From Olivibacter ginsenosidimutans (GTDB lineage: Bacteria > Bacteroidota > Bacteroidia > Sphingobacteriales > Sphingobacteriaceae): a stretch of 64,000 nucleotides of DNA. The notes beneath the pieces were generated by a model. It saw only the letters and a list, made by a program, of their open reading frames with translations, was not told the origin of the DNA and did no database searches. A program made the position numbers and the translations under genes. The stretch lies in the NCBI RefSeq assembly GCF_039542865.1, contig NZ_BAABIQ010000002.1, forward strand, positions 12,989-76,988, in the 5' to 3' direction. Of the stretch, positions 11,001 through 19,324 are shown in pieces; the first letter of the stretch is position 1, and each line of letters starts with the position of its first letter.

Positions 11001-11385
11001 GTTCAACGCTTTTAAGCAATCTACCTTGAATGCCGGTGAACAAGGCTATAACCGTTGGGATAAAATCCTAGATGCTTGGTCTGCCTCAAACACCGATTCA
11101 GATATTCCGCGTATCAATGCGAAAGATCCTAACAAAAACTTTTCAACGAACTCAGACTGGTTTTTGGAGAGTGGAAATTACCTCCGTTTAAAAAATGTAA
11201 TGTTGGGTTATACTTTTTTCAAACTTCCGCGAAACATGAAATTACATGTTTACATCACCGGAGAAAATTTACTCACTTTTACCCAATATAGTGGAATGGA
11301 TCCAGAAGTAGGCGGAGTGGGGATGGACGGAGGACAATATCCGGTTTCCAGGTCCTATGCATTGGGTGTTAACTTAACGTTTTAA
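8017..11385 (+). CDS. SusC/RagA family TonB-linked outer membrane protein with N-terminal STN signalling domain
   Basis: 1122 aa with signal peptide, STN domain, carboxypeptidase-regulatory-like domain, plug and beta-barrel. It ends in Phe and is immediately followed by a SusD-like gene. Confidence 0.9.
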   Translation: MNYDHKLNQLIMRTFLFVSFFFTCVQMLLASHLSAQGIQEKINIDFKNENLAEAMAKFGKLIPVQMAYDGTLLQLSNHRIKAKHFEETEAQEILTYLLSNTGITYQESDGNIVLIKRNQLQQLSSITGQVKDQSGAPLPGANVTLIELQKTVSTDEEGNFRLSVPPGTYTLEVSYVSYESQRRESIQITENQKLTINFDLKEAKGVLSEVVVIGYGEMKKSDLSAAVSTVPDLEQATKRPLVDVPSMIQGKVPGVTVVSNGGHPNSTPKITIRGTGSIQNEDPLVVVDGVPNAPYNPADVESITVLKDAASAAIYGAFAGASGVILITTKQAKIGAPSIQYDAFAGAKSAWRLPQSLTGEQEAQVYNQAYATAGLNLPDGWDATKNPDAQITRTDWINEIFRTGLTHRHTLTVNAGTDKFATLLQGRYEKNEGTLLNTFNENLSLRFNARYDFTDHLKLKQEVFYNNNSSRGTETASGYSGAIISAIYMPRSASVYYPDGSFGGVGPKDSEYLGIFGDAINPVATLLRNDSYNKTNDIQSISELSYSDIIPGLDVLSRFSYYQSNLFYKNFDPRRTEPGKPNDQNILSYDADKNYHWIWENTLNYTRSFGKHNIGAMLSTTAQTAVLRGFGIAARDFEREDYWAQFFINASDFDTDRPTDSQSEDRNVSYVGRLSYSWADRYFVTASYRKDIAGRLPKGYQGKGLPGLTAAWKLSSEPFFKVSGIDLLKFRASWGRIGNLSTIPINYGYQTLSSNTTYQIGDGAPITTAWYIANQFNPALSWETSEQIDIGMDLSILQERLTMTADYFKKKTYDLIQDKTTDWPNTFGLGSPKINEGEIRNEGLELALNWKDKIGEVSYNIGGNVATLKNRVSYISEDPDAFWTHGDAWRGILTPFRSKVGEPYYSYWLVQTNGLFQSDAEAQSYVGPEGTPIQPDAKAGDLKFVDQNNDGQINDLDRVYMGNAFPKFTYGFTANLNWKNFDLSLFLQGVGGAKLFNAFKQSTLNAGEQGYNRWDKILDAWSASNTDSDIPRINAKDPNKNFSTNSDWFLESGNYLRLKNVMLGYTFFKLPRNMKLHVYITGENLLTFTQYSGMDPEVGGVGMDGGQYPVSRSYALGVNLTF

Positions 11386-11396
11386 TGATTTGATCC

Positions 11397-12999
11397 ATGA
11401 TAAAGATAATTCAATATAGCAAATATTTCCTGAGCGTGTTTACAACACTAACCCTGTGGTCTTGTTCGAAAGACTGGGTAGATACGAAACCTTACGGTAG
11501 TCCATCTACAGGAACATTTTGGCAAAGTGAAAAAGATATCGAGCAAGCTTTAAATGCCATGTATGTGCCCATGCGGTATGAATCAACTTGGGGGCGCGAC
11601 TTGTTTAGTATGCAAAATGCGAGCGACGACATTATCACCGGAAGGGTGAAGGCAGATTTCGATAATATTAAAAATTTTATTCCTACGGGAAGGGAAGGCT
11701 ATATGTCTGCGGGTTGGAATGATGTATACTGGATGATGAATAAAGCCAACCAAGCTATACAGGGCATACCAACAACAGAGAACGTTAGTGATGAGGTAAA
11801 AAACAAAGCATTGGGAGAAGCTTATTTTATGCGTGCCTTCGCTCATTTTTGGATGGCGTATTTGTGGGGACATAAAGATCAGGGTGTACCATTTGACGGG
11901 CCCGAAAATCCGGAATATGGTAACCGGATTGCGCCACAATTGCCCTCAGTTACCGATAACTATGCTCAAATTATCAGCGATCTCGAAAAAGCGGCTGATT
12001 TGCTACCCCTGTTTGCTACCTATTCGGATGCCCAAAAAGGCAGAGCACATAAGGTGGCAGCATGGGGATATATGGTAAAAACCTACGCGTATTGGGCACA
12101 ATACGATCCTTCTAAATGGGAATTGATCCCTGCTTTAGTTGACCGGATAAGGGATGAGGGTGGTCGAGCCTTGATTACCGGAAAAGGTAGCGGTAAAGAA
12201 AATTTTCGCGCGGTATTTAAAATTGAAAATAATTGGGGTTCGGAATATATATGGTCGGTAACCTCGGGCACCCAAGGTGGTTCGGAATTCCTAGGGGTTG
12301 TATTGGAAAATACAGGTTGGGGTGCTTATAACGGTTGGGGCTATTTTACGCCTACCGAAGAACTGTATGATGCCTTCGAAACGGGTGCCGAGGAGGGGTA
12401 TTACGGTGCTAAATTTTGGCGATAAGTTTACGTTTTTTGGACAGGAACGTGAATATTATTCAACCAATAGCCTTTCCGGTTTTATGATGGGCAAATACCT
12501 GGATCCCTATACGTATGGTTCAAATGGTGAATCAGGATCGAATGATATGATCAATCAAAATGGGGATTATCCTACCACTCGGCTAAACCTGCCCTTAATG
12601 CGTTATGCCGAGATGTTATTGTTTAAGGCAGAGGCATTGCTAATGACGGGTAGAAACAGTGATGCAGCAGAACCTCTGAACGAAATTCGAAATAGGGTAG
12701 GCTTACCCATTATTAGCAATCCAACACTCGCCGATTTAAAACATGAAAGGAGAGTGGAATTAGCCTGTGAATGGACCGATCGAGTGGCTGATTTAAAACG
12801 CTGGGGTGATTTTGACTATTTAAGGATGGCTTTGCATGGACGCGATCATGTGCGTAAAACCGATCCACATTCGGATTATAAGGTTATTGAAGTGTGGCCA
12901 GCGCGTAATTTCGATCCGAATAAACATATGGCTTGGCCAATTAACCCAGATGAGATTGCAAAAAGCAATGGTGTTTATAAACAAACACCTGGCTGGTAA
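11397..12999 (+). pseudogene. SusD/RagB family lipoprotein interrupted by a frameshift in a T4 run (12414..12417); may be a sequencing error rather than a true pseudogene
   Basis: ORF 11397..12425 has a lipoprotein signal (LWSC) and a SusD-like N-terminus. ORF 12298..12999 continues the SusD C-terminus in the +1 frame. Removing one T from aaatttt joins them as ...GAKFGDKFTFFGQ... to give a protein of about 530 aa. Confidence 0.7.
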
Positions 13000-13046
13000 A
13001 CAATAAATAAATAAAACATACCTTAGCACTACCAAATAATAGATTT

Positions 13047-14030
13047 ATGAAAACATTCATTTATGTCATCTCCATTCTAACTGCCATTTTTATGTGTTCT
13101 TCCTGTAGGAAAGAAAATGAATTATTGTCAGCACAAAAGACAACTACGTCAAATGCAAACGTCATGTCTACAGCTGTAACCATTCATATGGAAAATGCGG
13201 CAGATTGGATGTCTTATTTACCGGATACCGTATCAATCAATCAATTGAGCATACCTGGAACACACGATAGTGGGGCGAGACATGAACCTATTGGCGGTAC
13301 CGCAAAGACACAAAACCTGTCGATAGCCGACCAGCTGACAGCAGGGGTTCGTTTTTTAGATATCCGATGCCGTCATTATCAGGGCGCTTTTGTCATCCAT
13401 CACGGTTCGATTTATCAACAGTTAAACTTCGACGATGTATTACTCGCCTGCAAAACATTTTTGCAACAGCATCCTTCGGAGACAATTGTTATGAGTGTAA
13501 AAGAAGAATATAATGCGGAGGGTAATACGAAAACATTTGCCGAGGAGTTTGATCGTTATGTTGAGCAAGATCCGTCATTTTGGTATCTAGAAGCCGGAAT
13601 TCCTATTTTAGGGGAAACTCGAGGTAAAATAGTCTTGTTCAGGCGTTTTTCTGCTCCTGAAGCAAAAGGTATCGATGCCAGTCACGATTGGGCAGACAAA
13701 GCCACTTTTACCATTACTAATCAAAATTACACGCTTAGGATACAAGATCAATATGAAGTGAGCAACAATGACACTAAATTTCAAGCAGTTACTGATTTAT
13801 TTGAGGAAGCCTTGCAAGGCAATCAAGACGACCAAACATTGTTTGTTAATTTTACGAGTGGTTATAGAAATGTATTTTTGGGAATTCCAAATATTCCCGA
13901 TGTGGCCAATGCCATTAACCCGAAGTTATCGGCTTACTTCGATAATGCGATTGCCGGAAGATACGGTATAGTACCCATGGATTTTGTAAATGATGAATTC
14001 GCTTGGAAGATCATACAGAAAAATTTCTAA
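13047..14030 (+). CDS. phosphatidylinositol-specific phospholipase C X-domain protein (PLC-like phosphodiesterase), secreted
   Basis: 327 aa with signal peptide and the LSIPGTHDSGA motif characteristic of bacterial PI-PLC X domains. Confidence 0.8.
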   Translation: MKTFIYVISILTAIFMCSSCRKENELLSAQKTTTSNANVMSTAVTIHMENAADWMSYLPDTVSINQLSIPGTHDSGARHEPIGGTAKTQNLSIADQLTAGVRFLDIRCRHYQGAFVIHHGSIYQQLNFDDVLLACKTFLQQHPSETIVMSVKEEYNAEGNTKTFAEEFDRYVEQDPSFWYLEAGIPILGETRGKIVLFRRFSAPEAKGIDASHDWADKATFTITNQNYTLRIQDQYEVSNNDTKFQAVTDLFEEALQGNQDDQTLFVNFTSGYRNVFLGIPNIPDVANAINPKLSAYFDNAIAGRYGIVPMDFVNDEFAWKIIQKNF

Positions 14031-14031
14031 C

Positions 14032-15930
14032 ATGCGTAAAGTTATTTTATATGGTATTTTCTGGTTTTGTTTTGGGCCTTTACAGGCCCAAAACAAAGCA
14101 GATTTAGGTGAACTGTTTCACGAGTTGATGTTTGGTAACAAGCCATTAAAGACAGGGAACTTGCATGGCCACAGCCATAATGACTATAAGCAAGACATTC
14201 CCTTTCTTTCTGCCTATTATTCAGGAATGGAATCGATTGAAGCAGATGTATTCCTAAAAGATGGCGAACTTTACGTGGCGCATGAAGAAAGTGAGATTAC
14301 AGCCAATCGTACCCTAACTTCGCTGTACTTGGAACCGCTATATGCACGTTTTGTAGCAAATGGCTATCGTCCCTTCGCCGATAGTACCAAAAAATTGCAA
14401 CTGGTTATTGATATTAAAGAAAATTATCAAGTGGTAATACCTGCACTCATCCGGCAATTGAAACCGTATATGGAGATGATCGATGGGAAAAAACAGCAAC
14501 AGGTTGTTCGGATTGTGTTGAGCGGTGACATGCCTAAACCTGATCATTACCAAGATTATCCCGATTTTATTTCCTTTGATGGAAGACCGGGCGTTTTCTA
14601 TCGGCCTGATCAACTAAAACGGATAGCCATGATCAGTAATTCGATGGATGCCTATACCCATTGGAATGGCAAAGGCATACTTCCTGAAACGGATAGAAAA
14701 GAGATGGAAGCCGTCGTACAAGCAGCCAAGCAGATGGGTAAACCTTTTCGTTTTTGGGCGACCCCCGATAGCAAGAATACCTGGATTGTACTTGAAAAAT
14801 TGGGAGTAATCTGGATTAATACGGATCATCCCTTATTGCTAAATGAATGGTTAACCCATTTACCTTATAACCGTTTCCGTTTAACGACTCCTTTGTCGAT
14901 TTATCAACCGACGTATGCTTCCGATGGTAAAAATAGGGTGGCTAAAAATGTTATTTTATTGATCGGCGACGGCATGGGGTCAGGGCAGGTAAAGGCCGCC
15001 CTTTCTGTCAACCATGGTCAGCTTAATTTGTCCCAAATGCGTTATATGGGTTTTTCCCGTACCGAATCGGCTAATGCAGGCAACACGGATTCAGGTGCAG
15101 GAGCTTCCGCGATAGCTACGGGACAATCTACCAATAACGAAAGTATTAGCGTAGATACCGCAGGAAAACCTTTACTTCGGCTGACCGATATCTTGGCAAA
15201 AAAAGGAAAGAAAAATGGCTTGCTCAGCACCGGAGATCTAACAGATGCTACCCCTGCAGCTTTTTATGCGGCTAATATCGACCGTTCAGCTTCAGAAGCT
15301 ATCGCACAGGATTTGTTGCAAAGTCCAATTGCCTTTATCGGTGGCACACAACCTGGTTTTTTTCATGACTCGCAGAAAAGAAGAAGCTATTTCCAGCAAC
15401 TGAGGGCGAAAGGATTTAGTGTGCTGGAAGATGTTATGCAAATTAATACGCAGAAGAAAATTGCCTTATTTTTACCTGATTCGGTGACTCGTCCGGTAAA
15501 AGAAGGACGTGGAAACGTGCTACAACGTATGGTCAGTGAAAGTATAGTACGTTTGAAATCGCCAAACGGTTTCTTTTTGATGGCAGAAGGTGCCCAAATT
15601 GATTATGGTGGACATGCCAACGATCTCCCTTATGTAATTACCGAGACGCTCGATTTCGACCAAGCAGTGGGAGAGGCATTGCGTTTTGCAGATCAAGACG
15701 GAAACACGCTAGTAATTGTAACGGCAGATCATGAGACGGGAGGATTATCACTATTGGATGTAGATGAACAACAGGGATATGTAGAAGGAAATTTTTCTAC
15801 TAATGATCATACCAATCTGATGGTTCCGGTATTGGCCTATGGTCCAGGTGCAGAAAAATTTATCGGCATCTATAAAAATACCGCTTTATTCGACAAAATT
15901 TTAACTGCTGTAGGGGTGAAGGATGAATAA
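14032..15930 (+). CDS. fusion protein: PLC-like phosphodiesterase (HxHNDY type) N-terminal domain + alkaline phosphatase C-terminal domain, secreted
   Basis: Signal peptide MRKVILYGIFWFCFGPLQAQ, ATG at 14032. The N-terminal half has LHGHSHNDYKQD...EADVF. The C-terminal half has the alkaline phosphatase active-site region (LLIGDGMG...TDSGAGASAIATG) and metal-site residues (DHETGG). Confidence 0.75.
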   Translation: MRKVILYGIFWFCFGPLQAQNKADLGELFHELMFGNKPLKTGNLHGHSHNDYKQDIPFLSAYYSGMESIEADVFLKDGELYVAHEESEITANRTLTSLYLEPLYARFVANGYRPFADSTKKLQLVIDIKENYQVVIPALIRQLKPYMEMIDGKKQQQVVRIVLSGDMPKPDHYQDYPDFISFDGRPGVFYRPDQLKRIAMISNSMDAYTHWNGKGILPETDRKEMEAVVQAAKQMGKPFRFWATPDSKNTWIVLEKLGVIWINTDHPLLLNEWLTHLPYNRFRLTTPLSIYQPTYASDGKNRVAKNVILLIGDGMGSGQVKAALSVNHGQLNLSQMRYMGFSRTESANAGNTDSGAGASAIATGQSTNNESISVDTAGKPLLRLTDILAKKGKKNGLLSTGDLTDATPAAFYAANIDRSASEAIAQDLLQSPIAFIGGTQPGFFHDSQKRRSYFQQLRAKGFSVLEDVMQINTQKKIALFLPDSVTRPVKEGRGNVLQRMVSESIVRLKSPNGFFLMAEGAQIDYGGHANDLPYVITETLDFDQAVGEALRFADQDGNTLVIVTADHETGGLSLLDVDEQQGYVEGNFSTNDHTNLMVPVLAYGPGAEKFIGIYKNTALFDKILTAVGVKDE

Positions 15931-16020
15931 GTTGATTCAGTCCTACAGCAAAAAAAGTGTATAAAAAAAGTGTATAATAAAGTTCGGTAAATACGATAAC
16001 CCAATTTTACATTTCACTTG

Positions 16021-17031
16021 TTATTTACCTGCTGCTATATCTTTTTTAATCAACTCACGCGTGACTTCCAAAGCGTCTTTTCCCCTAGCAGGAACATCTG
16101 GAATTACACCGGTACCTTCCCAACCTTCTTCGCTGTTCGGACCAACAACCATTTTAACTGGGACAAAAGCGATGAGGTTATTTTTTAACGGAACAAACGA
16201 ACCAGCAATTCCTGCTCCGGCTGTGGTATCGCCAACAATGGTTGCCCGTTCTAATTTTTGCATCGCATAAGCTAAACCTTCAGAGGCAGAGCCCGTTCCA
16301 GGTCCCACTAAAATGTAAACTTTAGCATTTGGATTGCGTTTGCCTGGCACATAGGAATAGGTCCACTCTTGTTCATCCATTTTACGATCTTTATAGAAAC
16401 CGTTTAGGTAAAATTGCTCATTACCGGCATTGTAAAAATAAGAAGCAATGAAACGACCCATATGTCCCGTACCGCCCGGATTATGGCGAATATCCAAAAT
16501 GACGTACTTGCTATAAGCAGCCATATTCATCGCTGCTGCGGCCATTTCGAAAGCGTCCTGATTACCCCAAAAAGGACCAGGAACATCAAGGTAGGCAGTT
16601 GAGGTTTCGGCATCAATCTCCACCTTTTTAAATCCATAATTTTGCTTAATCATCCGCTCCTGTTCTGGATCACGATTACGAACACCACTGCGGCGTTCTT
16701 GTGGTTGAGTTAGTCGCTTATAGGTGTCTTCATCCTTCATTACACGCAAATGCACATCTTTGTGTACCTTTCTTAAATCGTTTGTTAACATCTTGCCTAA
16801 CGAATCTTCCGATAGATGCTTGTATTTTCCTGCTGCTTCATTGGCAAATAAAGCTACCTTATATTTTTCAGAAATTTCAGGAAAGGGATATACCGCTATT
16901 AACTTATTGGCCAAGGTTTGCACCAATTCATGTACATCGGTATCATTTACAAGCTGGGCCCTCAAAGGTAAGTAGCTGGTAAAAACGAACAGGAATATAC
17001 CAAATAAGGTCTTAGAATGGGATAATTTCAT
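16021..17031 (-). CDS. S41 family peptidase (C-terminal processing protease-like)
   Basis: Signal peptide MKLSHSKTLFGIFLFVFTSYLPLRAQ and S41 catalytic region (DIRHNPGGTG ... LVGPGTGSASEGLA). Start moved to the internal ATG at 17029..17031. Confidence 0.8.
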   Translation of the reverse strand: MKLSHSKTLFGIFLFVFTSYLPLRAQLVNDTDVHELVQTLANKLIAVYPFPEISEKYKVALFANEAAGKYKHLSEDSLGKMLTNDLRKVHKDVHLRVMKDEDTYKRLTQPQERRSGVRNRDPEQERMIKQNYGFKKVEIDAETSTAYLDVPGPFWGNQDAFEMAAAAMNMAAYSKYVILDIRHNPGGTGHMGRFIASYFYNAGNEQFYLNGFYKDRKMDEQEWTYSYVPGKRNPNAKVYILVGPGTGSASEGLAYAMQKLERATIVGDTTAGAGIAGSFVPLKNNLIAFVPVKMVVGPNSEEGWEGTGVIPDVPARGKDALEVTRELIKKDIAAGK

Positions 17032-17153
17032 AAAAAAGCAGGTTAAATTTGCAGCGCAAATATAGGAAAAGCGCGTGCTCATTCTGCTTTTGATGAAGGG
17101 TTTAACAATGTATTAACAAGGCAAATGCAGTTGAATCTGTGATAATAAACAAA

Positions 17154-17173
17154 AAAAGCCCCTAAGGGCTTTT
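17154..17173 (-). terminator. rho-independent terminator hairpin (AAAGCCC-CTAA-GGGCTTT) flanked by A and T runs
   Basis: 8-bp stem, 4-nt loop, T-run on the minus strand. It lies just downstream of the minus-strand gene that ends at 17200. Confidence 0.5.
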
Positions 17174-17199
17174 CTGCTACTTTTACGATAGCACACCTG

Positions 17200-17634
17200 T
17201 TATTCAAAGGTGGTTACGACTTGAGTAATCTGGTAATCGTCTTTGCTCTGTGCAACGGTTACATAGTCAACACGCGAGAACGTCGCATATTTCATGGTAA
17301 CTTTGGCAATAGCGACACCCTTATTCTCATCAACAATACTGTAATCGGTTTCGCAGTCTTGACGAATGTTTTTTTGTTTTTTCAAAAAGCCTAATACCTG
17401 TTCTTTACCGAAGGTATGACCTGCTTTTTTAGTGCTATACCGCTGCTGGAATTGTTCGCTGAACAGTTGGTCGAGTCCGGCTACTTGCCCATTCGTTAAC
17501 GCATCTGTATACAAGTCTAAGCTGTGGTTAATAGCAGCCACAGTAGAACGGTTAGCTTTACCTTCGGTGTTGGCAAATGCACTATTGCTTATGAAGATGA
17601 TAGCGGCTGCAATGGAGGTGATGAACGTTTTCAT
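17200..17634 (-). CDS. secreted NTF2-like/SnoaL-like fold protein (hypothetical)
   Basis: 144 aa with signal peptide MKTFITSIAAAIIFISNSAFA. Size and pattern are consistent with the NTF2-like superfamily. Confidence 0.45.
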   Translation of the reverse strand: MKTFITSIAAAIIFISNSAFANTEGKANRSTVAAINHSLDLYTDALTNGQVAGLDQLFSEQFQQRYSTKKAGHTFGKEQVLGFLKKQKNIRQDCETDYSIVDENKGVAIAKVTMKYATFSRVDYVTVAQSKDDYQITQVVTTFE

Positions 17635-18072
17635 ATTATTTTTTTTAAATTTGTTTACGATAATTTGTTATTCCTATACCAATTCTTAATAGAAGTGTTC
17701 CATTTTTTATAACTATTTGTATAACAATGTTTTGAGTTTTATCACATGCTACGTTTCTGTACGGAATCGTACACCGAGTGTTCTCTGGCGCACAGTTAAA
17801 CGATGATGCAATGTTTATTCATGAGTATTGTTTTAACGTGTATTTGTTGATTCAAAGCTAACTCGTAAAACAAGGCTAGCCTATAGGAAATAGGTAAAAG
17901 AATGCCTGTTTTCGGTTAATGGCAGATTTAGGTCGGTGAATAACTCACATGTGTTTTCATTTGTACCAGCAATTATGTTAACGGGATTATATGATCAACA
18001 CGCATATGGAAGGGCCGCATTACTACATGCGTTCGTTGGAAGCTAAAAAGAAATTTGTAAATTGGAAACGTT

Positions 18073-19314
18073 TTGGAAAACTACACCATCGTCCTGATTA
18101 TTATGGCCATCATGATTATAGCATCGGCCGTTGCGGATAAAATTAAATTTCCGATCCCGTTACTATTACTACTCGTCGGTATGGCTATCGGTTTTGTACC
18201 TGCTATGCCGGCTATTGATATCAATCCGGAGATCATTATGCTCTTATTCCTGCCGCCTTTATTGTATGATGCGGCCTTTAACATTTCCTTTCAAGAATTT
18301 AAATCCAACCTCAATACCATTGGTACACTAGCTATCGGACTCGTATTCATTACAACAGCCGGTATTGCAGCTGTAGCATATTATCTTATTCCGGGCATGA
18401 CTTGGCCCTTGGCCTTTGTGTTGGGGAGCATTCTTTCAGCAACGGATGCCGTTGCTGCCATCGGTATTACAAAAGGATTAGGACTTCCGCATAAAACGGT
18501 AACGATACTAGAGGGCGAGAGCTTGGTAAACGATGCCTCGGCCTTGGTGGCCTACCGTTTCGCTGTGGCTGCAGTGACCGGAACGGCTTTCGTTACCTGG
18601 AAAGCAGCATTGCAATTTTTGATTGTCTTGGGCGGTGGCTTTCTGATAGGAGCCATCTTGGCCAGGCTGCTAGGTTTCGTTATTCGCCTATTTCGTACCA
18701 ACGATATGGTTATTATTAGTTTAATGCTTCTTATGCCTTTTGTGACTTACTTACTGGCCGAACATTTTCAGGTTTCAGGGGTGATTGCTGTGGTAGTATT
18801 GGGTTTAGGAATGGCACGATTAAGTCGTGCAAAATTTCCAAACGGCATCAAAGAGCAATCTCGGCATTTTTGGGAGGTAATTATTTTCCTGCTTAACGGC
18901 TTGATCTTTCTGTTGATCGGTCTAGAATTTCCAGTGATACTGAAGAAAATGCAGGCCGTAGAAGTATGGCCGTATACCGGTTATGCCGTGCTAATCACAC
19001 TTACCGCATTACTTATACGATTGGTACGGGTGTATCTGCAACAATTTAACCTACAACGCGCCTTCAAAGGCAAACGGCCGATTAGCGAAGACGCATTGTT
19101 CGATTCCCGAACAAGTTTTATCATCACTTGGTCGGGTATGCGGGGCATTGTTTCCTTAGCGATTGCCATTGGTTTACCAGTAGCCCTCGATGATGGATCG
19201 CAATTTCCATTACGCAATGAGCTTATTTTTATCACCATTGCTGTAGTCTTACTATCGCTGTTGGGACAAGGCCTATCACTCCCGTGGGTGGTTCGGAAAT
19301 TGAATAAATCATAA
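18073..19314 (+). CDS. Na+/H+ antiporter, CPA1 family (NhaP-type)
   Basis: 413 aa polytopic membrane protein with CPA1-type motifs (SATDAVA, LEGESLVNDA). The ORF-track start is TTG at 18073. An ATG at 18103 is an alternative start. Confidence 0.85.
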   Translation: MENYTIVLIIMAIMIIASAVADKIKFPIPLLLLLVGMAIGFVPAMPAIDINPEIIMLLFLPPLLYDAAFNISFQEFKSNLNTIGTLAIGLVFITTAGIAAVAYYLIPGMTWPLAFVLGSILSATDAVAAIGITKGLGLPHKTVTILEGESLVNDASALVAYRFAVAAVTGTAFVTWKAALQFLIVLGGGFLIGAILARLLGFVIRLFRTNDMVIISLMLLMPFVTYLLAEHFQVSGVIAVVVLGLGMARLSRAKFPNGIKEQSRHFWEVIIFLLNGLIFLLIGLEFPVILKKMQAVEVWPYTGYAVLITLTALLIRLVRVYLQQFNLQRAFKGKRPISEDALFDSRTSFIITWSGMRGIVSLAIAIGLPVALDDGSQFPLRNELIFITIAVVLLSLLGQGLSLPWVVRKLNKS

Positions 19315-19324
19315 AGCCGACAAC

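Noticed and set aside
13990-14031. Upstream extension of the PLC/alkaline-phosphatase fusion ORF (MMNSLGRSYRKISN...)
   Set aside because: It overlaps the end of the preceding PI-PLC gene. A proper signal peptide begins at the ATG at 14032, so the downstream start is preferred.
15957-15983. Tandem direct repeat aaaaaagtgtata x2 after the alkaline phosphatase fusion gene
   Set aside because: Only two short copies with no hairpin potential and no flanking features. Not a CRISPR or recognisable element.
17635-18072. About 440-bp untranslated region upstream of the Na+/H+ antiporter, examined for a riboswitch or sRNA
   Set aside because: I could not recognise any conserved riboswitch core or a convincing terminator/antiterminator pair by eye. 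It would need a covariance-model (Rfam) scan.
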